Notes: generated by a model not told the origin, from the letters alone. A stretch of DNA of 64,000 bases from Eledone cirrhosa (GCA_964016885.1 OZ024740.1:251844001-251908000), one strand, 5' to 3'; shown: positions 25,601-41,000, counted from the stretch's first letter. Made by a program: numbers and translations.

Positions 25601-28600
25601 CCCCCTGATTTTTTTACAAATTATCTCCCCCTGATTTTTTTTACAAATTATCTCCGCCTGATTTTTTTAAATATTATCTTCCCTTGGCTGGCGGGAAATT
25701 ATCTCCCCTTGGACGGCTGGAAATTATCTGCCCTTGATTTTGTTTTTACAAATTATCTTCCACTGATTTTTTTTACAAATTATCTCCACCTGATTTTTTA
25801 AAAAATTATCTCCCCTTGGAAGGCTGGAAATTATCTCCCCTTGGACGGCTAGAAATTATCTCTCTTTGGACGGCTGGAAATTATCTCCCCTTGATTTTTT
25901 TTTACAAATTATCTCCCCCTGATTTTTTTTACAAATATCCCAGTGATTTTTTTTAAAAAATTATCTCCCCTTCGCTGGCTGGAAATTATCTCCCCTTGGA
26001 CGCTGGAAATTATAGCCCCTTGGAGGGCTGGAAATTATCTTCCCTTGGACGGCTGGAAATTATCTCCCCTTGATTTTTTTTACAAATTATCTCCCCCTGA
26101 TTTTTTTTTACAAATTATCTCCCCCTGATTTTTTTTTACAAATTATCTCCCCCTGATTTTTTTTACAACTTATCTCCGCCTGATTTTTTTTAAAAAATCA
26201 TCTCCCCTTGGACGGCTGGAAATTATCTCCCCTTGGACGGCTGGAAATTATCTCCCCTTGATTTTTTTTACAAATTATCTCCCCCTGATTTTTTTTACAA
26301 ATTATCTCCCCTGATTTTTTTTTACAAATTATCTCCCCCTGATTTTTTTTTACAAATTATCTCCCCCTGATTTTTTTTACAAATTATCTCCCCCTGATTT
26401 TTTTACAAATTATCTCCCCTTGGCTGGCTGGAAATTATCTCCCCTTGGAGGCAGGAATTTATCTCCCCTTGGACGGCTAGAAATTACCTCTCCTTGGACG
26501 GCTGGAAAATATGTCTCCTTGGACGGCTGGAAATTATCTCCCCTTGGACGGCTGGAAATTATCTTCCCTTGGACGGCTGGAAATTATCTCCCCTTGGACG
26601 GCTAGAAATTACCTCTCCTTGGACGGCTGAAAATTATCTCCCCTTGGACGGCTGGAAATTATCTCCCCTTGATTTTTTTACAAATTATCTCCCCCTGATT
26701 TTTTTTTACAAATTATCTCCCCCTGATTTTTTTTACAAATTATCTCCCCCTGATTTTTTTTACAAATTATCTCCCCCTGATTTTTTTTACAAATTATCTC
26801 CGCCTGATTTTTTTAAATATTATCTCTCCTTGGCTGGCGGGAAATTATCTCCCCTTGGACGGCTGCAAATTATCTCCGCTTGATTTTTTTTACAAATTAT
26901 CTCCCCCTGATTTTTTTTTACAAATTATCTCCCCCTGATTTTTTTTACAAATTATCTCCCCCTGATTTTTTTTACAAATTATCTCCCCCTGATTTTTTTT
27001 TACAAATTATCTCCCCTTGATTTTTTTTTACAAATTATCTCCCCCTGATTTTTTTTTTACAAATTATCTCCCCCTGATTTTTTTACAAATTATCTCCCCC
27101 TGATTTTTTTTACAAATTATCTCCCCCTGATTTTTTTTACAAATTATCTCCCCTTGATTTTTTTTTACAAATTATCTCCCCCTGATTTTTTTTTTACAAA
27201 TTATCTCCCCCTGATTTTTTTAAAAATTATCTTCCCTTGGCTGGCGGGAAATTATCTCCCCTTGGACGGCTGGAAATTATCTCCCCTTGGAAGGATGTAA
27301 ATTATCTCCCCTTGGACGGCTGGAAATTATCTCCCCTTGCACGGCTGGAAATTATCTCCCCTTGATTTTTTTTACAAATTATCTCCCCCTGATTTTTTTT
27401 TACAAATTATCTCCCCCTGATTTTTTTTTACAAATTATCTCCCCCTGATTTTTTTTACAAATTATCTCCCCCTGATTTTTAAAAAAAAAATTATCTCCCC
27501 TTCGCTGGCTGGAAATTATCTCCCCTTGGACGCTGGAAATTATAGCCCCTTGGAGGGCTGGAAATTATCTTCCCTTGGACGGCTGGAAATTATCTTCCCT
27601 TGGACGGCTGGAAATTATCTCCCCTTGATTTTTTTTACAAATTATCTCCCCCTGATTTTTTTTTACAAATTATCTCCCCCTGATTTTTTTTTACAAATTA
27701 TCTCCCCCTGATTTTTTTTTTACAAATTATCTCCGCTTGATTTTTTAAAAAAAATTATCTCCCCTTGGACGGCTGGAAATTATCTCCCCGTGGACGGCTG
27801 GAAATTATCTCCCCTTGGACGGCTAGAAATTATCTCTCCTTGGACGGCTGAAAATTATCTCCCCTTGGACGGCTGCAAATTATCTCCCCTTGATTTTTTT
27901 TACAAATTATCTCCCCCTGATTTTTTTTTACAAATTATCTCCCCCTGATTTTTTTTACAAATTATCTACCCCTGATTTTTTTTACAAATTATCTCTCCCT
28001 GATTTTTTTTACAAATTATCTCCCTCTGATTTTTTTTTACAAATTATCTCCCCCTGATTTTTTTTTTACAAATTTTCTCCCCCTGATTTTTTTACAAATT
28101 ATCTCCCCCTGATTTTTTTTACAATCTCCGCCTGATTTTTTAAAAAATTATCTTCCCTTGGCTGGCGGGAAATTATCTCCCCTTGGACGGCTGGAAATTA
28201 TCTCCCCTTGGACGGCTAGAAATTATCTCTCTTTGGACGGCTGGAAATTATCTCCCCTTGATTTTTTTTACAAATTATCTCCCCCTGATTTTTTTTACAA
28301 ATTATCCCCGCATGATTTAAAAAAAAAAAATTATCTCCCCTTCGCTGGCTGGAAATTATCTCCCCTTGGACGCTGGAAATTATAGCCCCTTGGAGGGCTG
28401 GAAATTATCTTCCCTTGGACGGCTGGAAATTATCTCCCCTTGATTTTTTTTACAACTTATCTCCCCCTGATTTTTTTTTACAAATTATCTCCCCCTGATT
28501 TTTTTTTACAAATTATCTCCCCCTGATTTTTTTTTTACAAATTATCTCCGCTTGATTTTTAAAAAAAAATTATCTCCCCTTGGACGGCTGGAAATTATCT

Positions 28601-29481
28601 CCCCTTGGACGGCTGGAAATTATCTCCCCTTGGACGGCTAGAAATTATCTCTCCTTGGACGGCTGAAAATTATCTCCCCTTGGACGGCTGCAAATTATCT
28701 CCCCTTGATTTTTTTTACAAATTATCTCCCCCTGATTTTTTTTTACAAATTATCTCCCCCTGATTTTTTTTTACAAATTATCTCCCCTTGATTTTTTTTT
28801 ACAAATTATCTCCCCCTGATTTTTTTTTTACAAATTATCTCCCCCTGATTTTTTTACAAATTATCTCCCCCTGATTTTTTTTACAAATTATCTCCCCCTG
28901 ATTTTTTTTACAAATTATCTCCCCTTGATTTTTTTTTACAAATTATCTCCCCCTGATTTTTTTTTTACAAATTATCTCCCCCTGATTTTTTTAAAAATTA
29001 TCTTCCCTTGGCTGGCGGGAAATTATCTCCCCTTGGACGGCTGGAAATTATCTCCCCTTGGAAGGATGTAAATTATCTCCCCTTGGACGGCTGGAAATTA
29101 TCTCCCTTGCACGGCTGGAAATTATCTCCCCTTGATTTTTTTTACAAATTATCTCCCCCTGATTTTTTTTTACAAATTATCTCCCCCTGATTTTTTTTTA
29201 CAAATTATCTCCCCCTGATTTTTTTTACAAATTATCTCCCCCTGATTTTTAAAAAAAAAATTATCTCCCCTTCGCTGGCTGGAAATTATCTCCCCTTGGA
29301 CGCTGGAAATTATAGCCCCTTGGAGGGCTGGAAATTATCTTCCCTTGGACGGCTGGAAATTATCTTCCCTTGGACGGCTGGAAATTATCTCCCCTTGATT
29401 TTTTTTACAAATTATCTCCCCCTGATTTTTTTTTACAAATTATCTCCCCCTGATTTTTTTTTACAAATTATCTCCCCCTGA
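3960..29481 (+). repeat. 12.7-12.8 kb tandem duplication (copy 1 ~3960-16640; copy 2 ~16641-29481)
   Basis: Constant offset of 12,678 (4063/16741, 4913/17591, 5893/18571, 7269/19947), then 12,841 (8021/20862, 11516/24357, 13653/26494, 16455/29296). Shared private variants: GGCGGGCGGG (~4065/16743), GACGTCTGAA (~8149/20990), CTCCACTTGG (~10102/22943). Confidence 0.9.
4451..5830 (+). repeat. ~691-bp internal tandem duplication within the higher-order repeat
   Basis: The marker CTCCGCTTGA at 4451 and 5142 is followed by the same A block and the same 11-monomer B block; the doublet recurs near 10.1, 17.1 and 22.9 kb. Confidence 0.8.
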
Positions 29482-32400
29482 TTTTTTTTTTACAAATTAT
29501 CTCCGCTTGATTTTTTAAAAAAAATTATCTCCCCTTGGACGGCTGGAAATTATCTCCCCTTGGACGGCTGGAAATTATCTCCCCTTGGACGGCTAGAAAT
29601 TATCTCTCCTTGGACGGCTGAAAATTATCTCCCCTTGGACGGCTGCAAATTATCTCCCCTTGATTTTTTTTACAAATTATCTCCCCCTGATTTTTTTTTA
29701 CAAATTATCTCCCCCTGATTTTTTTTTACAAATTATCTCCCCCTGATTTTTTTACAAATTATCTCCCCCTGATTTTTTTTACAAATTATCTCCGCCTGAT
29801 TTTTTTAAATATTATCTTCCCTTGGCTGGCGGGAAATTATCTCCCCTTGGACGGCTGGAAATTATCTGCCCTTGATTTTGTTTTTACAAATTATCTTCCA
29901 CTGATTTTTTTTACAAATTATCTCCACCTGATTTTTTAAAAAATTATCTCCCCTTGGAAGGCTGGAAATTATCTCCCCTTGGACGGCTAGAAATTATCTC
30001 TCTTTGGACGGCTGGAAATTATCTCCCCTTGATTTTTTTTACAAATTATCTCCCCCTGATTTTCTTTACAAATATCCCAGTGATTTTTTTTAAAAAATTA
30101 TCTCCCCTTCGCTGGCTGGAAATTATCTCCCCTTGGACGCTGGAAATTATAGCCCCTTGGAGGGCTGGAAATTATCTTCCCTTGGACGGCTGGAAATTAT
30201 CTCCCCTTGATTTTTTTACAAATTATCTCCCCCTGATTTTTTTTTACAAATTATCTCCCCCTGATTTTTTTTTACAAATTATCTCCCCCTGATTTTTTTT
30301 TACAACTTATCTCCGCCTGATTTTTTTTAAAAAATCATCTCCCCTTGGACGGCTGGAAATTATCTCCCCTTGGACGGCTGGAAATTATCTCTCCTTGGAC
30401 GGCTAGAAATTACCTCTCCTTGGACGGCTGAAAATTATCTCCCCTTGGACGGCTGGAAATTATCTCCCCTTGATTTTTTTTACAAATTATCTTCCCCTGA
30501 TTTTTTTTACAAATTATCTCCCCTGATTTTTTTTTACAAATTATCTCCCCCTGATTTTTTTTTACAAATTATCTCCCCCTGATTTTTTTTACAAATTATC
30601 TCCCCCTGATTTTTTTACAAATTATCTCCCCTTGGCTGGCTGGAAATTATCTCCCCTTGGAGGCAGGAATTTATCTCCCCTTGGACGGCTAGAAATTACC
30701 TCTCCTTGGACGGCTGGAAAATATGTCTCCTTGGACGGCTGGAAATTATCTCCCCTTGGACGGCTGGAAATTATCTCCCCTTGGACGGCTGGAAATTATC
30801 TCCCCTTGGACGGCTAGAAATTACCTCTCCTTGGACGGCTGAAAATTATCTCCCCTTGGACGGCTGGAAATTATCTCCCCTTGATTTTTTTACAAATTAT
30901 CTCCCCCTGATTTTTTTTTACAAATTATCTCCCCCTGATTTTTTTTTACAAATTATCTCCCACTGATTTTTTTTTACAAATTATCTCCCCCTGATTTTTT
31001 TTTTACAAATTATCTCCGCCTGATTTTTTTAAAAAAATTATCTCCCCTTGGACGGCTGGAAATTATCTCCCCTTGGACGGCTGGAAATTATCTCCCCTTG
31101 GACGGCTAGAAATTACCTCTCCTTGGACGGCTGAAAATTATCTCCCCTTGGACGGCTGCAAATTATCTCCCCTTGATTTTTTTTACAAATTATCTCCCCC
31201 TGATTTTTTTTACAAATTATCTCCCCCTGATTTTTTTTTACAAATTATCTCCCCCTGATTTTTTTTACAAATTATCTCCCCCTGATTTTTTTTACAAATT
31301 ATCTCCCCCTGATTTTTTTTACAAATTATCTCCGCCTGATTTTTTTAAATATTATCTCTCCTTGGCTGGCGGGAAATTATCTCCCCTTGGACGGCTGCAA
31401 ATTATCTCCGCTTGATTTTTTTTACAAATTATCTCCCCCTGATTTTTTTTTACAAATTATCTCCCCCTGATTTTTTTTACAAATTATCTCCCCCTGATTT
31501 TTTTTACAAATTATCTCCCCCTGATTTTTTTTTACAAATTATCTCACCTTGATTTTTTTTTACAAATTATCTCCCCCTGATTTTTTTTTTACAAATTATC
31601 TCCCCCTGATTTTTTTACAAATTATCTCCCCCTGATTTTTTTTACAAATTATCTCCCCCTGATTTTTTTTACAAATTATCTCCCCTTGATTTTTTTTTAC
31701 AAATTATCTCCCCCTGATTTTTTTTTTACAAATTATCTCCCCCTGATTTTTTTAAAAATTATCTTCCCTTGGCTGGCGGGAAATTATCTCCCCTTGGACG
31801 GCTGGAAATTATCTCCCCTTGGAAGGATGTAAATTATCTCCCCTTGGACGGCTGGAAATTATCTCCCCTTGCACGGCTGGAAATTATCTCCCCTTGATTT
31901 TTTTTACAAATTATCTCCCCCTGATTTTTTTTTACAAATTATCTCCCCCGGATTTTTTTTTACAGATTATCTCCCCCTGATTTTTTTTACAAATTATCTC
32001 CCCCTGATTTTTAAAAAAAAAATTATCTCCCCTTCGCTGGCTGGAAATTATCTCCCCTTGGACGCTGGAAATTATAGCCCCTTGGAGGGCTGGAAATTAT
32101 CTTCCCTTGGACGGCTGGAAATTATCTTCCCTTGGACGGCTGGAAATTATCTCCCCTTGATTTTTTTTACAAATTATCTCCCCCTGATTTTTTTTTACAA
32201 ATTATCTCCCCCTGATTTTTTTTTACAAATTATCTCCCCCTGATTTTTTTTTTACAAATTATCTCCGCTTGATTTTTAAAAAAAAATTATCTCCCCTTGG
32301 ACGGCTGGAAATTATCTCCCCGTGGACGGCTGGAAATTATCTCCCCTTGGACGGCTAGAAATTATCTCTCCTTGGACGGCTGAAAATTATCTCCCCTTGG

Positions 32401-35400
32401 ACGGCTGCAAATTATCTCCCCTTGATTTTTTTTACAAATTATCTCCCCCTGATTTTTTTTTACAAATTATCTCCCCCTGATTTTTTTTACAAATTATCTA
32501 CCCCTGATTTTTTTTACAAATTATCTCTCCCTGATTTTTTTTACAAATTATCTCCCTCTGATTTTTTTTTACAAATTATCTCCCCCTGATTTTTTTTTTA
32601 CAAATGATCTCCCCCTGATTTTTTTACAAATTAACTCCCCCTGATTTTTTTTACAATCTCCGCCTGATTTTTTAAAAAATTATCTTCCCTTGGCTGGCGG
32701 GAAATTATCTCCCCTTGGACGGCTGGAAATTATCTCCCCTTGGACGGCTAGAAATTATCTCTCTTTGGACGGCTGGAAATTATCTCCCCTTGATTTTTTT
32801 TACAAATTATCTCCCCCTGATTTTTTTTACAAATTATCCCCGCATGATTTTAAAAAAAAAAATTATCTCCCCTTCGCTGGCTGGAAATTATCTCCCCTTG
32901 GACGCTGGAAATTATAGCCCCTTGGAGGGCTGGAAATTATCTTCCCTTGGACGGCTGGAAATTATCTCCCCTTGATTTTTTTTACAAATTATCTCCCCCT
33001 GATTTTTTTTTACAAATTATCTCCCCCTGATTTTTTTTTACAAATTATCTCCCCCTGATTTTTTTTTTACAAATTATCTCCGCTTGATTTTTTAAAAAAA
33101 ATTATCTCCCCTTGGACGGCTGGAAATTATCTCCCCTTGGACGGCTGGAAATTATCTCCCCTTGGACGGCTAGAAATTATCTCTCCTTGGACGGCTGAAA
33201 ATTATCTCCCCTTGGACGGCTGCAAATTATCTCCCCTTGATTTTTTTTACAAATTATCTCCCCCTGATTTTTTTTACAAATTATCTCCCCCTGATTTTTT
33301 TTTACAAATTATCTCCCCTTGATTTTTTTTTACAAATTATCTCCCCCTGATTTTTTTTTTACAAATTATCTCCCCCTGATTTTTTTACAAATTATCTCCC
33401 CCTGATTTTTTTTACAAATTATCTCCCCCTGATTTTTTTTACAAATTATCTCCCCTTGATTTTTTTTTACAAATTATCTCCCCCTGATTTTTTTTTTACA
33501 AATTATCTCCCCCTGATTTTTTTAAAAATTATCTTCCCTTGGCTGGCGGGAAATTATCTCCCCTTGGACGGCTGGAAATTATCTCCCCTTGGAAGGATGT
33601 AAATTATCTCCCCTTGGACGGCTGGAAATTATCTCCCTTGCACGGCTGGAAATTATCTCCCCTTGATTTTTTTTACAAATTATCTCCCCCTGATTTTTTT
33701 TTACAAATTATCTCCCCCTGATTTTTTTTTACAAATTATCTCCCCCTGATTTTTTTTACAAATTATCTCCCCCTGATTTTTAAAAAAAAAATTATCTCCC
33801 CTTCGCTGGCTGGAAATTATCTCCCCTTGGACGCTGGAAATTATAGCCCCTTGGAGGGCTGGAAATTATCTTCCCTTGGACGGCTGGAAATTATCTTCCC
33901 TTGGACGGCTGGAAATTATCTCCCCTTGATTTTTTTTACAAATTATCTCCCCCTGATTTTTTTTTACAAATTATCTCCCCCTGATTTTTTTTTACAAATT
34001 ATCTCCCCCTGATTTTTTTTTTACAAATTATCTCCGCTTGATTTTTTAAAAAAAATTATCTCCCCTTGGACGGCTGGAAATTATCTCCCCTTGGACGGCT
34101 GGAAATTATCTCCCCTTGGACGGCTAGAAATTATCTCTCCTTGGACGGCTGAAAATTATCTCCCCTTGGACGGCTGCAAATTATCTCCCCTTGATTTTTT
34201 TTACAAATTATCTCCCCCTGATTTTTTTTTACAAATTATCTCCCCCTGATTTTTTTTTACAAATTATCTACCCCTGATTTTTTTTACAAATTATCTCCCC
34301 CTGATTTTTTTTACAAATTATCTCCCCCTGATTTTTCTTTTACAAATTATCTCCCCCTGATTTTTTTACAAATTATCTCCCCCTGATTTTTTTTACAAAT
34401 TATCTCCGCCTGATTTTTTTAAATATTATCTTCCCTTGGCTGGCGGGAAATTATCTCCCCTTGGACGGCTGGAAATTATCTGCCCTTGATTTTGTTTTTA
34501 CAAATTATCTTCCACTGATTTTTTTTACAAATTATCTCCACCTGATTTTTTAAAAAATTATCTCCCCTTGGAAGGCTGGAAATTATCTCCCCTTGGACGG
34601 CTAGAAATTATCTCTCTTTGGACGGCTGGAAATTATCTCCCCTTGATTTTTTTTACAAATTATCTCCCCCTGATTTTCTTTACAAATATCCCAGTGATTT
34701 TTTTAAAAAAATTATCTCCCCTTCGCTGGCTGGAAATTATCTCCCCTTGGACGCTGGAAATTATAGCCCCTTGGAGGGCTGGAAATTATCTTCCCTTGGA
34801 CGGCTGGAAATTATCTCCCCTTGATTTTTTTACAAATTATCTCCCCCTGATTTTTTTTTACAAATTATCTCCCCCTGATTTTTTTTTACAAATTATCTCC
34901 CCCTGATTTTTTTTTACAACTTATCTCCGCCTGATTTTTTTTAAAAAATCATCTCCCCTTGGACGGCTGGAAATTATCTCCCCTTGGACGGCTGGAAATT
35001 ATCTCTCCTTGGACGGCTAGAAATTACCTCTCCTTGGACGGCTGAAAATTATCTCCCCTTGGACGGCTGGAAATTATCTCCCCTTGATTTTTTTTACAAA
35101 TTATCTTCCCCTGATTTTTTTTACAAATTATCTCCCCTGATTTTTTTTTACAAATTATCTCCCCCTGATTTTTTTTTACAAATTATCTCCCCCTGATTTT
35201 TTTTACAAATTATCTCCCCCTGATTTTTTTACAAATTATCTCCCCTTGGCTGGCTGGAAATTATCTCCCCTTGGAGGCAGGAATTTATCTCCCCTTGGAC
35301 GGCTAGAAATTACCTCTCCTTGGACGGCTGGAAAATATGTCTCCTTGGACGGCTGGAAATTATCTCCCCTTGGACGGCTGGAAATTATCTCCCCTTGGAC

Positions 35401-35870
35401 GGCTGGAAATTATCTCCCCTTGGACGGCTAGAAATTACCTCTCCTTGGACGGCTGAAAATTATCTCCCCTTGGACGGCTGGAAATTATCTCCCCTTGATT
35501 TTTTTACAAATTATCTCCCCCTGATTTTTTTTTACAAATTATCTCCCCCTGATTTTTTTTTACAAATTATCTCCCACTGATTTTTTTTTACAAATTATCT
35601 CCCCCTGATTTTTTTTTTACAAATTATCTCCGCCTGATTTTTTTAAAAAAATTATCTCCCCTTGGACGGCTGGAAATTATCTCCCCTTGGACGGCTGGAA
35701 ATTATCTCCCCTTGGACGGCTAGAAATTACCTCTCCTTGGACGGCTGAAAATTATCTCCCCTTGGACGGCTGCAAATTATCTCCCCTTGATTTTTTTTAC
35801 AAATTATCTCCCCCTGATTTTTTTTACAAATTATCTCCCCCTGATTTTTTTTACAAATTATCTCCCCCTG
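26880..35870 (+). repeat. Variant higher-order repeat of ~4.5-4.6 kb
   Basis: Offsets of 4531-4532 (28158/32690, 29008/33539, 29296/33827), then 4614 (29954/34568, 30370/34984, 31073/35687). Confidence 0.8.
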
Positions 35871-37965
35871 ATTTTTAAAAAAAAAATTATCTCCCCTTCG
35901 CTGGCTGGAAATTATCTCCCCTTGGACGCTGGAAATTATAGCCCCTTGGAGGGCTGGAAATTATCTTCCCTTGGACGGCTGGAAATTATCTTCCCTTGGA
36001 CGGCTGGAAATTATCTCCCCTTGATTTTTTTTACAAATTATCTCCCCCTGATTTTTTTTTACAAATTATCTCCCCCTGATTTTTTTTTACAAATCATCTC
36101 CCCCTGATTTTTTTTTTACAAATTATCTCCGCTTGATTTTTTAAAAAAAATTATCTCCCCTTGGACGGCTGGAAATTATCTCCCCTTGGACGGCTGGAAA
36201 TTATCTCCCCTTGGACGGCTAGAAATTATCTCTCCTTGGACGGCTGAAAATTATCTCCCCTTGGACGGCTGCAAATTATCTCCCCTTGATTTTTTTTACA
36301 AATTATCTCCCCCTGATTTTTTTTTACAAATTATCTCCCCCTGATTTTTTTTTACAAATTATCTACCCCTGATTTTTTTTACAAATTATCTCCCCCTGAT
36401 TTTTTTTACAAATTATCTCCCCCTGATTTTTCTTTTACAAATTATCTCCCCCTGATTTTTTTACAAATTATCTCCCCCTGATTTTTTTTACAAATTATCT
36501 CCGCCTGATTTTTTTAAATATTATCTTCCCTTGGCTGGCGGGAAATTATCTCCCCTTGGACGGCTGGAAATTATCTGCCCTTGATTTTGTTTTTACAAAT
36601 TATCTTCCACTGATTTTTTTTACAAATTATCTCCACCTGATTTTTTAAAAAATTATCTCCCCTTGGAAGGCTGGAAATTATCTCCCCTTGGACGGCTAGA
36701 AATTATCTCTCTTTGGACGGCTGGAAATTATCTCCCCTTGATTTTTTTTACAAATTATCTCCCCCTGATTTTCTTTACAAATATCCCAGTGATTTTTTTT
36801 AAAAAATTATCTCCCCTTCGCTGGCTGGAAATTATCTCCCCTTGGACGCTGGAAATTATAGCCCCTTGGAGGGCTGGAAATTATCTTCCCTTGGACGGCT
36901 GGAAATTATCTCCCCTTGATTTTTTTTACAAATTATCTCCCCCTGATTTTTTTTTACAAATTATCTCCCCCTGATTTTTTTTACAAATTATCTCCCCCTG
37001 ATTTTTTTTTACAACTTATCTCCGCCTGATTTTTTTTAAAAAATCATCTCCCCTTGGACGGCTGGAAATTATCTCCCCTTGGACGGCTGGAAATTATCTC
37101 TCCTTGGACGGCTAGAAATTACCTCTCCTTGGACGGCTGAAAATTATCTCCCCTTGGACGGCTGGAAATTATCTCCCCTTGATTTTTTTTACAAATTATC
37201 TTCCCCTGATTTTTTTTACAAATTATCTCCCCTGATTTTTTTTTACAAATTATCTCGCCCTGATTTTTTTTTACAAATTATCTCCCCCTGATTTTTTTTA
37301 CAAATTATCTCCCCCTGATTTTTTTACAAATTATCTCCCCTTGGCTGGCTGGAAATTATCTCCCCTTGGAGGCAGGAATTTATCTCCCCTTGGACGGCTA
37401 GAAATTACCTCTCCTTGGACGGCTGGAAAATATGTCTCCTTGGACGGCTGGAAATTATCTCCCCTTGGACGGCTGGAAATTATCTCCCCTTGGACGGCTG
37501 GAAATTATCTCCCCTTGGACGGCTAGAAATTACCTCTCCTTGGACGGCTGAAAATTATCTCCCCTTGGACGGCTGGAAATTATCTCCCCTTGATTTTTTT
37601 ACAAATTATCTCCCCCTGATTTTTTTTTACAAATTATCTCCCCCTGATTTTTTTTTACAAATTATCTCCCACTGATTTTTTTTTACAAATTATCTCCCCC
37701 TGATTTTTTTTTTACAAATTATCTCCGCCTGATTTTTTTAAAAAAATTATCTCCCCTTGGACGGCTGGAAATTATCTCCCCTTGGACGGCTGGAAATTAT
37801 CTCCCCTTGGACGGCTAGAAATTACCTCTCCTTGGACGGCTGAAAATTATCTCCCCTTGGACGGCTGCAAATTATCTCCCCTTGATTTTTTTTACAAATT
37901 ATCTCCCCCTGATTTTTTTTACAAATTATCTCCCCCTGATTTTTTTTACAAATTATCTCCCCCTG
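33775..37965 (+). repeat. 2095-bp tandem duplication
   Basis: Constant 2095 offset (34568/36663, 34984/37079, 35246/37341, 35687/37782); the junction monomer at 33775 recurs at 35870. Confidence 0.87.
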
Positions 37966-38029
37966 ATTTTTTTTTACAAATTATCTCCCCCTGATTTTTT
38001 TTACAAATTATCTCCCCCTGATTTTTTTT

Positions 38030-41000
38030 ACAAATTATCTCCCCCTGATTTTTTTTACAAATTATCTCCCCCTGATTTTTTTTACAATCTCCGCCTGATT
38101 TTTTAAAAAATTATCTTCCCTTGGCTGGCGGGAAATTATCTCCCCTTGGACGGCTGGAAATTATCTCCCCTTGGACGGCTAGAAATTATCTCTCTTTGGA
38201 CGGCTGGAAATTATCTCCCCTTGATTTTTTTTACAAATTATCTCCCCCTGATTTTTTTTAGAAATTATCCCCGCATGATTTTTAAAAAAAAAATTATCTC
38301 CCCTTCGCTGGCTGGAAATTATCTCCCCTTGGACGCTGGAAATTATAGCCCCTTGGAGGGCTGGAAATTATCTTCCCTTGGACGGCTGGAAATTATCTCC
38401 CCTTAATTTTTTTTACAAATTATCTCCCCCTGATTTTTTTTTACAAATTATCTCCCCCTGATTTTTTTTTACAAATTATCTCCCCCTGATTTTTTTTTTT
38501 ACAAATTATCTCCGCCTGATTTTTAAAAAAAAATTATCTCCCCTTGGACGGCTGGAAATTATCTCCTCTTGGACGGCTGGAAATTATCTCCCCTTGGACG
38601 GCTAGAAATTACCTCTCCTTGGACGGCTGAAAATTATCTCCCCTTGGACGGCTGCAAATTATCTCCCCTTGATTTTTTTTACAAATTATCTCCCCCTGAT
38701 TTTTTTTACAAATTATCTCCCCCTGATTTTTTTTACAAATTATCTCCCCCTGATTTTTTTTTACAAATTATCTCCCCCTGATTTTTTTTTACAAATTATC
38801 TCCCCCTGATTTTTTTTACAAATTATCTCCCCCTGATTTTTTTTTACAAATTATCTCCCCCTGATTTTTTTTTACAAATTATCTCCCCTTGATTTTTTTT
38901 ACAAATTATCTCCCCCTGATTTTTTTTTTACAAATTATCTCCCCCTGATTTTTTTTACAAATTATCTCCCCCTGATTTTTTTTACAAATTATCTCCCCCT
39001 GATTTTTTTTACAAATTATCTCCCCTTGATTTTTTTTTACAAATTATCTCCCCCTGATTTTTTTTTTACAAATTATCTCCCCCTGATTTTTTTAAAAATT
39101 ATCTTCCCTTGGCTGGCGGGAAATTATCTCCCCTTGGACGGCTGGAAATTATCTCCCCTTGGAAGGATGTAAATTATCTCCCCTTGGACGGCTGGAAATT
39201 ATCTCCCCTTGCACGGCTGGAAATTATCTCCCCTTGCACGGCTGGAAATTATCTCCCCTTGATTTTTTTTACAAATTATCTCCCCCTGATTTTTTTTTAC
39301 AAATTATCTCCCCCTGATTTTTTTTTACAAATTATCTCCCCCTGATTTTTTTTACAAATTATCTCCCCCTGAATTTAAAAAAAAAAATTATCTCCCCTTC
39401 GCTGGCTGGAAATTATCTCCCCTTGGACGCTGGAAATTATAGCCCCTTGGAGGGCTGGAAATTATCTTCCCTTGGACGGCTGGAAATTATCTTCCCTTGG
39501 ACGGCTGGAAATTATCTCCCCTTGATTTTTTTTACAAATTATCTCCCCCTGATTTTTTTTTACAAATTATCTCCCCCTGATTTTTTTTACAAATTATCTA
39601 CCCCTGATTTTTTTTACAAATTATCTCCCCCTGATTTTTTTTTACAAATTATCTCCCTCTGATTTTTTTTTACAAATTATCTCCCCCTGATTTTTTTTTT
39701 ACAAATTATCTCCCCCTGATTTTTTTACAAATTATCTCCCCCTGATTTTTTTTACAATCTCCGCCTGATTTTTTAAAAAATTATCTTCCCTTGGCTGGCG
39801 GGAAATTATCTCCCCTTGGACGGCTGGAAATTATCTCCCCTTGGACGGCTAGAAATTATCTCTCTTTGGACGGCTGGAAATTATCTCCCCTTGATTTTTT
39901 TTACAAATTATCTCCCCCTGATTTTTTTTACAAATTATCCCCGCATGATTTTTAAAAAAAAAATTATCTCCCCTTCGCTGGCTGGAAATTATCTCCCCTT
40001 GGACGCTGGAAATTATAGCCCCTTGGAGGGCTGGAAATTATCTTCCCTTGGACGGCTGGAAATTATCTCCCCTTGATTTTTTTTACAAATTATCTCCCCC
40101 TGATTTTTTTTTACAAATTATCTCCCCCTGATTTTTTTTTACAAATTATCTCCCCCTGATTTTTTTTTTTACAAATTATCTCCGCCTGATTTTTAAAAAA
40201 AAATTATCTCCCCTTGGACGGCTGGAAATTATCTCCCCTTGGACGGCTGGAAATTATCTCCCCTTGGACGGCTAGAAATTACCTCTCCTTGGACGGCTGA
40301 AAATTATCTCCCCTTGGACGGCTGCAAATTATCTCCCCTTGATTTTTTTTACAAATTATCTCCCCCTGATTTTTTTTACAAATTATCTCCCCCTGATTTT
40401 TTTTACAAATTATCTCCCCCTGATTTTTTTTTACAAATTATCTCCCCCTGATTTTTTTTTACAAATTATCTCCCCCTGATTTTTTTTACAAATTATCTCC
40501 CCCTGATTTTTTTTACAAATTATCTCCCCCTGATTTTTTTTTACAAATTATCTCCCCTTGATTTTTTTTTACAAATTATCTCCCCCTGATTTTTTTTTTA
40601 CAAATTATCTCCCCCTGATTTTTTTACAAATTATCTCCCCCTGATTTTTTTTACAAATTATCTCCCCCTGATTTTTTTTACAAATTATCTCCCCTTGATT
40701 TTTTTTTACAAATTATCTCCCCCTGATTTTTTTTTTACAAATTATCTCCCCCTGATTTTTTTAAAAATTATCTTCCCTTGGCTGGCGGGAAATTATCTCC
40801 CCTTGGACGGCTGGAAATTATCTCCCCTTGGAAGGATGTAAATTATCTCCCCTTGGACGGCTGGAAATTATCTCCCCTTGCAAGGCTGGAAATTATCTCC
40901 CCTTGATTTTTTTTACAAATTATCTCCCCCTGATTTTTTTTTACAAATTATCTCCCCCTGATTTTTTTTTACAAATTATCTCCCCCTGATTTTTTTTACA

